DNA from: Patescibacteria group bacterium
GTDB taxonomy: Bacteria; Patescibacteriota; Minisyncoccia; Phycocordibacterales; SIBU01
Reading direction: 5' to 3'
DNA length: 64,000 nt
Assembly: GCA_040390045.1 (NCBI GenBank)
Contig: JAZJZC010000002.1
Span: 37,113 to 101,112 of the forward strand
Positions 28,117 through 37,338 of the stretch are shown in pieces (the stretch's first letter is position 1; each line of letters begins with the position of its first letter). The translations under genes were made by a program, and so were the position numbers. The notes below the pieces were generated by a model. It had not been told where the DNA came from, did not search any database, and saw only the letters and a program-made list of their open reading frames with translations.

Positions 28117-28857
28117 ATGTCTGAAATGTTTCCAGAACCAAATTCGCTTGATTCTCTAGAGGGGGTATCAAAACAAGAAATCATTCAAGTTAGGCCACAA
28201 GCAGAGAAAGAAAAAGATACTTCCGTAGCTCAGGATAGTTTATTGGCTCGCGAGCGTGATAAGGAAAAAATTAGGAAGGTCAGAAGCAGTTTAAATCCCA
28301 ACCAAAACCCATCTGATTCGATAGTGGCCACTACGGATGCAATAAGGAATGAAGAGGCTTTAGAAAAAATAGATAAACCTGTTGTTGAGTTGACGCCTGA
28401 AAAATGGGAAAAGTATAAAAAACTTCGCTTGAGGGGTTTCGAGACTGATGCGGCGGCGTGGGGAACATCTGTGCGCAAAGAACCCGAGCAAGGTGAAGCC
28501 TACTGGCGAGAAAAATTAGGTGATCCTAGTATAAAAATGTTTGGTATTGAGCAAAATGGAGAGATTGTGGCAATGGCAGGGTTACAAGAAAAACCTGTTG
28601 GTCGGTTTCTATTAAGACGAGTGTATACCATTCCAGAAATGGCAGGACGAGGTTTTAGCAAGACTTTAATTACTAAAGTTTTTGATGAAGCAAAAATGCG
28701 TGGCGCAAAAAACATCGAGCTTGATGTTATTGAAGATGCATTACCGGCTATAGGCTTATACAAAAAGATGGGATTCGAAGAGTTTGATGGGAAAAAAGGA
28801 GAAAAAGGCGACGGTCAAGTTCATACCCAAATTTTGATGAGAAAGAATTTTGAATAA
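28117..28857 (+). CDS. GNAT-family N-acetyltransferase with an N-terminal extension
   Basis: C-terminal GNAT motifs (VAMAGLQ..., RGRGFSKTLITKVFDEAK, YKKMGFEE). N-terminus MSEMFPEPN resembles the preceding gene. Confidence 0.7.
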   Translation: MSEMFPEPNSLDSLEGVSKQEIIQVRPQAEKEKDTSVAQDSLLARERDKEKIRKVRSSLNPNQNPSDSIVATTDAIRNEEALEKIDKPVVELTPEKWEKYKKLRLRGFETDAAAWGTSVRKEPEQGEAYWREKLGDPSIKMFGIEQNGEIVAMAGLQEKPVGRFLLRRVYTIPEMAGRGFSKTLITKVFDEAKMRGAKNIELDVIEDALPAIGLYKKMGFEEFDGKKGEKGDGQVHTQILMRKNFE

Positions 28858-28929
28858 TTTTTAATGAGAATTGCTTTTTTGTCCAAAACCCTATAAGCTA
28901 CCAGCTATTAACTAACAGCTCATAATAAA

Positions 28930-29532
28930 ATGAACCACCCAAAAACCGAAAGAACCTTTGTCATTATCAAGCCCGATGGAGTCCAAAGAACCTTACTCGG
29001 CGAGATTATTGAACGATATGAACGCACAGGGCTCAAACTCGTAGCAATGAAATTTGGCATGGGGGATGAAAAAGTTTTTTGGAAACACTATAACAAAGAT
29101 GATGCCTGGTTTTTGAAAAAGGGAACAAAAATTTACGAAGACAAGAAAAGTTCTGGTCAAACGGTGGATAAAGAGCCGATTGAGTATGGAAAAGCGATCA
29201 TCGGCCAATTGGTGAAATTTATGACCTCTGGTCCTGTAGTGATGCTTGTCTGGGAAGGTAATCAGGCCGTAGCAGTAGTTAAAAAAATTACTGGTAGTAC
29301 CGAACCTTCAACCTCTGATGTTGGAACCATCCGCGGTGATCTCACAACTGACTCCTATGGAATTTCAGCGGTTGACGATCGCGCTGTCAGAAACTTAATT
29401 CATTGTTCAGATTCAGTAGAAGAAGCTCAGCGTGAAATTGGATTGTGGTTTAAAGAAAGTGAAATTTTGAAATACCGTTTGGTGCAAGAAGGAATTTTGT
29501 ACGATGTCAATTTGGACGGAATTATGGAATGA
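28930..29532 (+). CDS. ndk: nucleoside diphosphate kinase with an insertion
   Basis: ERTFVIIKPDGVQR, NLIHCSD (active-site His). Confidence 0.85.
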   Translation: MNHPKTERTFVIIKPDGVQRTLLGEIIERYERTGLKLVAMKFGMGDEKVFWKHYNKDDAWFLKKGTKIYEDKKSSGQTVDKEPIEYGKAIIGQLVKFMTSGPVVMLVWEGNQAVAVVKKITGSTEPSTSDVGTIRGDLTTDSYGISAVDDRAVRNLIHCSDSVEEAQREIGLWFKESEILKYRLVQEGILYDVNLDGIME

Positions 29533-29555
29533 TCTCGCGTGTATTTATTTAAGAT

Positions 29556-29589
29556 AAAAACCCTAATTCGCTCGGCGAATTAGGGTTTT
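29556..29589. terminator. terminator hairpin after ndk
   Basis: aaaaaccctaattcgctcggcgaattagggtttt. Confidence 0.65.
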
Positions 29590-29894
29590 GGCGTATAGGA
29601 CGAAAGATCGATTGGCCGCCGATCCGGAATTTTGATATACAACCTAATCCTTTCCCCAAATGTCAGTGACATCAAAGCTTCACGAAGAGGTATGCCAAAT
29701 TTTTCCCGCACATTACGCTCGTGGAAGCGAAGGAGTTCACGGTATTTGCGCTTCTGGCTAGCGCCGAGGGATTTTGGCGTCATGATTATTGTTGGTGAGC
29801 CAACGTCCTTTGCTAGCTGTTGAAGTTCTCTTTTGGCTACAATCTCGCTAAATTTCCACAGGACGGGATAACGATGGCCTTTTTTGGCAGGCAT
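29580..29894 (-). CDS. hypothetical basic protein
   Basis: 104-aa ORF. Its start lies 84 nt from copy B of the 90-nt element. Confidence 0.35.
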   Translation of the reverse strand: MPAKKGHRYPVLWKFSEIVAKRELQQLAKDVGSPTIIMTPKSLGASQKRKYRELLRFHERNVREKFGIPLREALMSLTFGERIRLYIKIPDRRPIDLSSYTPKP

Positions 29895-29977
29895 AATATT
29901 TTGGAACGTTTTCTACGTGCCACAATAACAAAGCATTTTAAAGTTGCAAGTAATTTAAGGTATAGAATTTCGCGCTC

Positions 29978-30070
29978 GGATGCAATTCGAGGCGCAAGCG
30001 ATTTTGTGATTAAGGTGTATTCATATACACCGCAGGAGCAAAATCGTGAAGCAACGACGAAGGGCGCCGA
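29978..30070 (+). repeat. copy B of the ~90-nt conserved element
   Basis: ggatgcaattcgaggcgcaagcgattttgtgattaaggtgtattcatatacaccgcaggagcaaaatcgtgaagcaacgacgaagggcgcc. Confidence 0.6.
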
Positions 30071-30373
30071 GCGTGAAGTTCTATCAAGCTTGCATTTATT
30101 TTAAGAGGAGTATAATAGAAAGTAGGGTTATTTGAGATAGTTACTCTATAACAATTTTTAAGGGAGACCTACATTGTTGCAATCAGATGAGCGCTTCTCA
30201 TTGAGACGAAAAAATTCGTAGCAACGAGAAGCGTTCTGAAGAATGCAATTGCGGTCACCCACTTAGCCTTGTGCTAGGTGACTATCTCACGATAACCCTA
30301 ATCGAAAACACCTTCCCGATGTACATCGGGAAGGTGTTTCGCTTTAGCTCGGTTCTTTTAGTATACTTCTTGC

Positions 30374-30775
30374 ATGTCATCATCCGCGTTACTTCGCCTG
30401 TCATTTTTTGTTGCGGTCATCGTGGCCGCGCTTCACACGCTCGCGGTGACTTTTTTCTTGTACTGGCACTACTGGTGGTTTGACAACATCCTTCACTTTT
30501 TAGGGGGATTGTGTTTGGGATTCGCCTCTCTCGGGATTTTTTTCTTGTATCGCAAAAGCCGCGTTTCTCCAAAGCCCAACACTGTCCTCCTCGTTGCTCT
30601 TATTAGCGTGCTCATTGTTGGCGGGGTGTGGGAAATTTTTGAATATTGTAATGGCTTCACAGATAACTCGATTGGCAGTTATCCGCTCGATGTTGTTAAA
30701 GATCTCACGTTTGGTGTTATTGGCAGTTATGTTGCATATCGATATTCGTTAAAAAGTCCGGATCATAAATTATAA
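30374..30775 (+). CDS. small integral membrane protein, possibly VanZ-like
   Basis: 4 TM helices. WWFDNILHFLGGLCLG resembles the VanZ D(K)xxHF motif. Confidence 0.45.
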   Translation: MSSSALLRLSFFVAVIVAALHTLAVTFFLYWHYWWFDNILHFLGGLCLGFASLGIFFLYRKSRVSPKPNTVLLVALISVLIVGGVWEIFEYCNGFTDNSIGSYPLDVVKDLTFGVIGSYVAYRYSLKSPDHKL

Positions 30776-30781
30776 ATTACT

Positions 30782-32194
30782 ATGTCTCAAAAATCTCAAC
30801 TTAGTTTTTTCGGGGGAGTGGGAAGTGTAACGGGCGCTAATTTTCTCTTAGAAGTCGGGGGTAGCCCCGATGCCGAGGCGGTTCGGGGAGCCGATCAGAA
30901 GCATCGGCTAAAAATTTTGGTAGATTGTGGCATGGTCCAAGGATCAAATTTTGCTGATGAGGAAAATCAGAGTTCTTTTCCGTATGAGCCTAGCTCGATT
31001 GATTTTTTGTTGGTAACGCATGCTCACATTGATCACATTGGTAGAATTCCCAAACTTGTGCGAGATGGTTTTCGCGGGAAGATTTACAGTACACCCGAAA
31101 CCCACGCCATTACTGAACTTATGTTCAACGATGCTTTAAAGCTGATTGAGGAGGAATGCAGGAGGAAGGGTACGCTTCCACTTTACGAGCAAAAAGACGT
31201 TTCAGCAGCTCTCAGACTTTGGGGGAATATTCCGTACCACCAAAATTTTTCACTTTCGGAAAACGTTAGTGTGTATTTAAAAGATGCCGGGCATATTTTG
31301 GGTTCTTCTATGTACGAAATTTCTTTTTTGAATGAAGCTGGAGAAAAAAGAAAAATTGTTTTCACGGGGGACTTGGGTAATACTCCAACTCCCATTTTGC
31401 GTGACACCGAAACAATTACTGATGCTGACTATATGGTGATGGAGAGTGTGTACGGAGATCGCAATCACGAAGATCAAACTTCTCGCCGCAGACACCTCAA
31501 AGATATTATTACCGAGTCAGTGCAACGAAAGGGAACCCTCATTATTCCAATTTTTTCGCTTGAAAAAACTCAAGTTCTTTTATATGAATTTCACGAACTC
31601 GAAGAGGCGCACGAAATCCCGATTGTTCCTGTGTATTTAGATTCTCCGTTGGCGATTGAAGTAACAAAAGTCTACCAATCAATGAAAGAGAATTGGAATG
31701 TAGCCGCTATGGCAGAACATGATATTTTTAAATTTCCCAGACTAAAGTACACGCCACACTCTGAAGAATCAAAAGCCATTCTTCACGCCCCAGCTCCGAA
31801 AATTATCCTCGCTGGTTCGGGTATGTCCCACGGTGGACGAATTTTGCATCATGAAGTTAATTATTTACCTGGTGCGGAAAACACTATTTTATTTGTTGGC
31901 TATCAAGCTGCGGGCAGTCTTGGTCGGATCATTCAAGACGGCGCAAGGGAGGTTCATATTAATGGCCAAAAAATTGCGGTGCGCGCCCACGTTGAAAATA
32001 TCTCTGGCTACTCTTCGCACAAAGACTCTGACCATTTGATTGAATTTGCCGCGAATACCGCTCAAACCGTGAAAAAAGTTTTTGTGGTAATGGGGGAGCC
32101 AAAGTCCGCTAATTTTCTAGTTCAGCGTTTACGTGATTATGCTGGTATCAGTGCCATACATCCGGAGCAAGGGGAAACTGTTGAGTTGGAATAA
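30782..32194 (+). CDS. metallo-beta-lactamase-fold beta-CASP ribonuclease (RNase J/CPSF family)
   Basis: HAHIDHIG (HxHxDH). Later D/H motifs (GDLGN, HHEV, SGYSSHKD). 470 aa. Confidence 0.75.
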   Translation: MSQKSQLSFFGGVGSVTGANFLLEVGGSPDAEAVRGADQKHRLKILVDCGMVQGSNFADEENQSSFPYEPSSIDFLLVTHAHIDHIGRIPKLVRDGFRGKIYSTPETHAITELMFNDALKLIEEECRRKGTLPLYEQKDVSAALRLWGNIPYHQNFSLSENVSVYLKDAGHILGSSMYEISFLNEAGEKRKIVFTGDLGNTPTPILRDTETITDADYMVMESVYGDRNHEDQTSRRRHLKDIITESVQRKGTLIIPIFSLEKTQVLLYEFHELEEAHEIPIVPVYLDSPLAIEVTKVYQSMKENWNVAAMAEHDIFKFPRLKYTPHSEESKAILHAPAPKIILAGSGMSHGGRILHHEVNYLPGAENTILFVGYQAAGSLGRIIQDGAREVHINGQKIAVRAHVENISGYSSHKDSDHLIEFAANTAQTVKKVFVVMGEPKSANFLVQRLRDYAGISAIHPEQGETVELE

Positions 32195-32195
32195 T

Positions 32196-32230
32196 AAAAA
32201 TCCCGCCGCGCTTTGCGCGGCGGGATTTTT
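32196..32230. terminator. bidirectional terminator between the beta-CASP gene and rplT
   Basis: aaaaatcccgccgcgctttgcgcggcgggattttt. Confidence 0.7.
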
Positions 32231-32258
32231 CGTGATTCATGATTCTAAATTCCTAATT

Positions 32259-32597
32259 CTACTTTGCGTGTGCCAAAACTTTTTTAAAAGTCTCAGGAGA
32301 ATGTTCTGCGAGATCAGCCAAAATTTTTCGATCAAGCTCAATATTCTTTTTCTTCAACATCCCAATAAATTTACTGTAGGAAAGTTCACCAAGGGCGGCG
32401 TTAATTTTTACATTCCAAAGTTTTCGGAAATCATTTTTCTTATCGCGACGATGAGCGAAGGCGTAGGTTCCAGCGTGGAAGATCGCTTCCTGTGCCATCT
32501 TTTCTTTGGTGCCACGTCCAAAGCGGTAACCTTTTACCTGCTTTAACATATTGCGGCGTGTCTTGAGCGCGTTGACTGCTTTTTTTACTCGGGTCAT
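32259..32597 (-). CDS. rplT: 50S ribosomal protein L20
   Basis: MTRVKKAVNALKTRRNMLKQVKGYRFGRG...FRKLWNVKINAA...SYSKFIGMLKK...IELDRKILADLA. Confidence 0.9.
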   Translation of the reverse strand: MTRVKKAVNALKTRRNMLKQVKGYRFGRGTKEKMAQEAIFHAGTYAFAHRRDKKNDFRKLWNVKINAALGELSYSKFIGMLKKKNIELDRKILADLAEHSPETFKKVLAHAK

Positions 32598-32650
32598 AAA
32601 ATAAGTTTAAAGTTGAAAGGTTAAAGTTAAAAGATAAAGAAAAGAGGGAA

Positions 32651-32842
32651 CTATTTACTGACACCGTTAAGAAATCGGCTTCTTAGTTGGTTTGTCATCT
32701 GAATAGCCATTGAACGATTCTTCTTCATTTGAGAACGCCCCGACTCCTTGGCATTAAAGTGGTTTTGACCCGCTTTTCGAGCCGTTATTTTGCCGTTTTT
32801 GCTTACTTTAAGCCGTTTGGCGTATGATTTGTTGGTTTTCAT
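32651..32842 (-). CDS. rpmI: 50S ribosomal protein L35
   Basis: MKTNKSYAKRLKVSKNGKITARKAGQNHFNAK. Confidence 0.85.
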   Translation of the reverse strand: MKTNKSYAKRLKVSKNGKITARKAGQNHFNAKESGRSQMKKNRSMAIQMTNQLRSRFLNGVSK

Positions 32843-33043
32843 ATATTTTCTTAATGAGTCTGCCTGCTGTTAAGCAGGTTAGCGAGTTTAGAAAATAATG
32901 ACCCTCCCACCATTTTCAGAAACTGCCCTATAGTGTTAATTTAGCCAGTGAAGAACACTTTACCAGAACGTTGGTAGAAAGTAAAGCTGGGTGAAAATAG
33001 TGGGAGGGTAAGTAAAATATACTCGCTTTGCTCGTTATTTTAC

Positions 33044-33541
33044 TTAGGCTTTCTCAATCATGAGAGAGACACCCTTTGGTCCTTTTTTAGCGGTGTCAGA
33101 TATTTTGTATTGTTCAGTCACCAATCGCAAAACACGGTTGATCCTTTCCTCAAGGAATTTCATATCCATAAATTTTGAACGGCCCGTAAGGAAAAGATTG
33201 ATTCTCACGCGGTTGCCATCCTTCAACCACTCAGAAGCTTTTTTGGCTTTAAGTTCCAAATCGTGATCTCCAGTACCAACCTTGATCTGAACACTCTTCA
33301 CTTCAGTAATTTGCACCTTGGCTTTCGAAGCCTTTTGTTTTTTGCTCTCTGTGTACTGGTATCTGCCATAGTCCATGATTTTGGCAATCGGTGGCACGGC
33401 GTTTGGAGAAATTTCAATAAGATCAAGCCCTTGGGATTGAGCTTGAGTTATGGCATTTTGGAGTGTCATGACACCGAAGTTTTGACCGTCTTCTCCAACT
33501 ACTCGTACTTCGGCTACCCGAATCTGATGATTTATTCTCAT
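33044..33541 (-). CDS. infC: translation initiation factor IF-3
   Basis: INHQIRVAEVRVVGEDGQNFGVMTLQNAITQAQSQGLDLIEISPNAVPPIAKIMDYGRYQY. Confidence 0.9.
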   Translation of the reverse strand: MRINHQIRVAEVRVVGEDGQNFGVMTLQNAITQAQSQGLDLIEISPNAVPPIAKIMDYGRYQYTESKKQKASKAKVQITEVKSVQIKVGTGDHDLELKAKKASEWLKDGNRVRINLFLTGRSKFMDMKFLEERINRVLRLVTEQYKISDTAKKGPKGVSLMIEKA

Positions 33542-33644
33542 TATTAGTTTTTGTTGCTCAAACGTTGAGTAACGTTGTTAGTATATTTAAGCACAGTGGA
33601 GACTCTAATTCAAGTTATATAAAGCCTCATGATATAATTCTCAC

Positions 33645-34352
33645 ATGAATTCCTTTTCACTCTATATAGCTTTTGTCGGGGGTTTAGTTTCTTTTGCGTC
33701 ACCCTGCGTGTTGCCAATCATTCCCGGATTTCTTTCCTATTTAGCTGGAAGCTCTCTTAATGGGGGAGATGTTAAAAAGAAAGATATTTTTTTAAACTCA
33801 TTATTTTTTGTCGTGGGATTTTCTGTTGTGTTCGCGCTTCTTGGGGTCTTACTTAACACCGCTCTTGTTTCTGTGGCCTACGACGTTCAAATTTGGTTGT
33901 CTCGAGCCGGCGGCCTTTTGGTAATTCTTTTTGGTCTGTATCTCACTGGTCTTTTAAAAATTTCCTTCCTTGATCAGCCTCACACATTTAAAGTTAAAAC
34001 CGGCATTCATTCAAAATATGTCACCTCATTTCTTTTTGGTTTGGCTTTTGCTGCTGGTTGGACGCCCTGCGTTGGCGCGGCGCTCGGAGCGATTTTAGGT
34101 TTGGCGGCAAGCCAGCCTGGTTCAGCCTTTGTGTTGCTTTTGGCATACGCCCTAGGTTTAGGGTTGCCATTTTTAGTAATCGGATTTTTTACCAGCCAAG
34201 CTTCCACGCTCATTGAGAAATACGCAACAACACTCAAGTACGTCAATATTTTCTTCGGAGCGCTACTTGTAATTCTCGGTATTTTAATTTTTACCGGAAA
34301 TTTAAGTCGGATTGCCAGCTTTGAATTATTAAATCAGTTTTTGCTTAAGTAA
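33645..34352 (+). CDS. ccdA: cytochrome c-type biogenesis / thiol-disulfide transporter CcdA (DsbD family)
   Basis: FASPCVLPIIPGFLSYLAG and a second conserved Cys (WTPCVGA). 6 TM. Confidence 0.8.
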   Translation: MNSFSLYIAFVGGLVSFASPCVLPIIPGFLSYLAGSSLNGGDVKKKDIFLNSLFFVVGFSVVFALLGVLLNTALVSVAYDVQIWLSRAGGLLVILFGLYLTGLLKISFLDQPHTFKVKTGIHSKYVTSFLFGLAFAAGWTPCVGAALGAILGLAASQPGSAFVLLLAYALGLGLPFLVIGFFTSQASTLIEKYATTLKYVNIFFGALLVILGILIFTGNLSRIASFELLNQFLLK

Positions 34353-34363
34353 AAAACCCGGAA

Positions 34364-35551
34364 ATGGGAACCAAAAATACAACTTTGCTCGTGATCGTAA
34401 TCTGTAGTATTGTCGGGGCGATTTTGTATTTGCAAAATCAATTACCCGCGCGCATTTCTGGAAATTCTGTCGCCATTGTTCCTTTTGGAGTTTCTGTTGC
34501 CACGAGCACGAGCGATGTTTCAAAAACCTTGCCTGATTTGTCTACAGTCGCATCGCTTCGTCAGGCTGAAAAATCTAAAAAATATCCTCTCGCAAAAGAA
34601 ATTGTAAGTCCTACCGGATTTATCAACACCGATCTTGATGCTACCGGTAAACCCTTGGCGCTCACTATTCAAAGTTTAATCGGTAAAAAAGTAATTTTAC
34701 TCGATATCTGGACATACAGCTGTATCAATTGTCAGAGAACGTTGCCGTATCTCAAAAGTTGGTATGACAAATATAAAGATCAAGGTTTGGAAATTATCGG
34801 ACTCCATGTGCCGGAGTTTGAATTTGAAAAAGATTACGCCAACGTTTCCGCGGCCGTGAAAAAATTTGGCATTACCTATCCTGTGGTACTCGACAGTAAC
34901 GCTAGTACAGCGCGCGCCTATGGCATGCAGTATTGGCCGGAAGAATATTTGATCGACATTGACGGATTCATTGTTCACAAGTCGATAGGGGAAGGGGGGT
35001 ATGAAGAAAAAGAAAATAAAATTGTAGAATTGCTCAATGAGCGAATGAAGGTGTTTGGTCTCTCAGGTCAGGTGAAAACCTCGGTTACCAAAATCGATGA
35101 ATTAGTTTCACCACGTCCAGAAAGTCCAGAAACCTATTTTGGTTCTGATCGTAATCAATACTTGAGCAATGGAGTTGCGGGAAAAAGTGGTGTGCAAAGT
35201 TTTTCTTTACCAAAAACAGCTACTATAAACGCTCTGTATCTTGGAGGCGATTGGGACGTACAACCTGAATTTGCAGAAAATAAAAAGGCTGGAGCTACTA
35301 TTGAGTTTCGATATAAAGCTCAGGAAGTATATTTTGTGGCGAGTTCACTACAAGGAGCCCAGATTAAAATTTACCAAGATGGAGTTTTGGTGACAGATGC
35401 AAGAGGGGAAGATGTTGCAGCTGACAGCACCGCGCAAATAAAAGAGGATCGCTTGTACAAACTAATTAAAAATAAAACGGTAGAAGAGCACACGCTTAAA
35501 ATTGAAATGGAGTCTTCTGGGCTCGATGCCTATACGTTTACTTTCGGTTGA
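34364..35551 (+). CDS. membrane-anchored TlpA/ResA-like thioredoxin-fold thiol-disulfide oxidoreductase with a C-terminal extra domain
   Basis: WTYSCINCQ (CxxC) in a redoxin-like context, N-terminal TM anchor, 395 aa. Confidence 0.7.
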   Translation: MGTKNTTLLVIVICSIVGAILYLQNQLPARISGNSVAIVPFGVSVATSTSDVSKTLPDLSTVASLRQAEKSKKYPLAKEIVSPTGFINTDLDATGKPLALTIQSLIGKKVILLDIWTYSCINCQRTLPYLKSWYDKYKDQGLEIIGLHVPEFEFEKDYANVSAAVKKFGITYPVVLDSNASTARAYGMQYWPEEYLIDIDGFIVHKSIGEGGYEEKENKIVELLNERMKVFGLSGQVKTSVTKIDELVSPRPESPETYFGSDRNQYLSNGVAGKSGVQSFSLPKTATINALYLGGDWDVQPEFAENKKAGATIEFRYKAQEVYFVASSLQGAQIKIYQDGVLVTDARGEDVAADSTAQIKEDRLYKLIKNKTVEEHTLKIEMESSGLDAYTFTFG

Positions 35552-35588
35552 AATGCTTTCTTGACATAAGTTTATCTTAAGATAAACT

Positions 35589-35828
35589 TTGCACATGAAA
35601 GTAATCAAGTCTAAAAGCAACATCGTGGGTCTTAAAGAGCTACGAAATAATATTGAAACCTATATTAAAAAGGTTGATAAAGGTGAATCGTTCACCGTGG
35701 TTCGTCGTTCCTCGCCAGTGTTTAAAGTTTCTCCAGTAGATGATGAAAATTTGTGGGAAGAAGTTATTGATTTTACGAAATTAAAGAAAGGCGGGGTAGA
35801 AATTGGCGAAATGATTTCACGTCTCTAA
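35589..35828 (+). CDS. type II antitoxin, Phd/YefM family
   Basis: LKELRNNIETYIKKVDKGESFTVVRRSSPVFKV has the Phd/YefM pattern. Confidence 0.6.
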   Translation: MHMKVIKSKSNIVGLKELRNNIETYIKKVDKGESFTVVRRSSPVFKVSPVDDENLWEEVIDFTKLKKGGVEIGEMISRL

Positions 35829-35832
35829 TTCT

Positions 35833-36075
35833 ATGGATAGAATTAACAAGGAGTTACGGAAACTTTCTGAAAAAGAACGAGCGTTCGTCAAAGAAATTTT
35901 ACAGAAAATTCAAAAGGGAAATACCACTAGTCTCGATATTAAAAAGTTAAAAGGCCGGACGGATATATTTCGAGTTCGAAAAGGTACAGTACGGATTATC
36001 TATCAGAAAACAGAGAGCGGTATATTTATTCTTGCTCTCGAACGTCGCAATGAAAGCACTTATAGAGATTTTTAG
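35833..36075 (+). CDS. type II toxin, RelE/ParE family
   Basis: IFRVRKGTVRIIYQKTESGIFILALERRNESTYR resembles the RelE C-terminal core. Starts 4 nt after the antitoxin gene. Confidence 0.65.
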   Translation: MDRINKELRKLSEKERAFVKEILQKIQKGNTTSLDIKKLKGRTDIFRVRKGTVRIIYQKTESGIFILALERRNESTYRDF

Positions 36076-36098
36076 CATATTTTGCTAGACTTATCCGC

Positions 36099-37328
36099 AT
36101 GAGCGGAGCATCTATTACAAAAAACAAAAATTATTGTCCCGATTGTGGCACTGCACCACTCAATCATTTTGCCTCACGAACCACTATTGGTTTGGGATTT
36201 TTAATAAAAGTTATTACTACTCCTTTAGGAAAACTTGAGGATATTGTAGTTGATATTGTTTTTCCGAAATTGGAAATGATTATGCCGGCGATTTTCCGAG
36301 TGCTTTCGTGGGTGCATTTGGTTCGCATTACTGATGTACTAGAAGACGACAATATCGATCGAACAAAATGTTTGTGGAAGGCAGCCGAAGCTCGGGGAAT
36401 CAAGATGCGCCAGTTTAGAATTTTAAATCGCCCGAGCATTCTTTTTATTGCTGAATTTAAAGGAGAAAAAGTTTTGTTTGAAGGATTGCCTCGACCAAAA
36501 AAAGATTCTCGGGCTGCGCTTGAGTGGATGGATAACAAGGTCACTATGAAAAAGAAATTTCGAGCCGGAGGCATTCCAGTTGCCAATGGCGGAGTAGCGA
36601 TGACCGAACGCGGCGCTTTGAAACTTTTTCATACACTCAATCATCCGGTAATCACTAAACCAAACCTCGGATCTCGCAGTCGTCATACGACGACGCACAT
36701 TTCCACAGAAACAGAGCTTCTCAAGGCTTTCCGAAAAGCTCGACAGTTGTCACCCTGGGTTGTCATTGAAGAAGAATTACAAGGTTTTGTCTTTCGCATT
36801 ACGTTGATCGGCGGCAAACTTGCAGGCGCACTCAGGCGTGAGCCACCATTTGTAATAGGAGACGGTGTTACCCCTGTCCGCGCACTAGTTGAAAAGGAAA
36901 ATGCTAATCCAAAACGACACAACTGGGTTTTTCATGAAATTGCGTTGGACAAAGAGGCCGAGGAAGAACTGACTCGACAAAATTTATCCTGGACTGCAAT
37001 TCCAGAGAAAGGACGTTTTGTGACGTTGAATCAAAAAGTAGGAAGAGGTCAGGGTGGATCCAATACTGAGATGCTTCCCAAGGTTCATCCGGAAAATGTA
37101 AAAATTTTCGAAAAGCTGGCGCGGGTGCTCGACAACTCCCTTGTAGGAGTGGATTTCATTATGCAAGACATTGAAAAGCCGTGGACAGAACAGAAGCTCG
37201 TTGGTGCAATCGAGTGCAATAGTTTGCCGTTTCTCGATTTGCACCATATGCCGCTCTACGGGGAGCCCCTCGACCCTTCGTCGGCTCTCTGGGACGTCGT
37301 ATTTCCAAACTCTCACAAAATACGTTAG
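36099..37328 (+). CDS. ATP-grasp family ligase/kinase (RimK/CphA-N-like)
   Basis: VITKPNLGSRSRHTTTHISTETELLKAF, GGKLAGALRREPPFVIGDG, and NSLVGVDFIM are typical ATP-grasp nucleotide-binding elements. Confidence 0.65.
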   Translation: MSGASITKNKNYCPDCGTAPLNHFASRTTIGLGFLIKVITTPLGKLEDIVVDIVFPKLEMIMPAIFRVLSWVHLVRITDVLEDDNIDRTKCLWKAAEARGIKMRQFRILNRPSILFIAEFKGEKVLFEGLPRPKKDSRAALEWMDNKVTMKKKFRAGGIPVANGGVAMTERGALKLFHTLNHPVITKPNLGSRSRHTTTHISTETELLKAFRKARQLSPWVVIEEELQGFVFRITLIGGKLAGALRREPPFVIGDGVTPVRALVEKENANPKRHNWVFHEIALDKEAEEELTRQNLSWTAIPEKGRFVTLNQKVGRGQGGSNTEMLPKVHPENVKIFEKLARVLDNSLVGVDFIMQDIEKPWTEQKLVGAIECNSLPFLDLHHMPLYGEPLDPSSALWDVVFPNSHKIR

Positions 37329-37338
37329 TATCCGCTAT

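Noticed and set aside
37171-37338. Upstream 56 codons of ORF 37171-38835 overlapping the ATP-grasp gene
   Set aside because: They overlap the 3' end of gene 36099-37328 in another frame. An in-frame ATG at 37339 sits 11 nt after that gene's stop, and I use it as the start.
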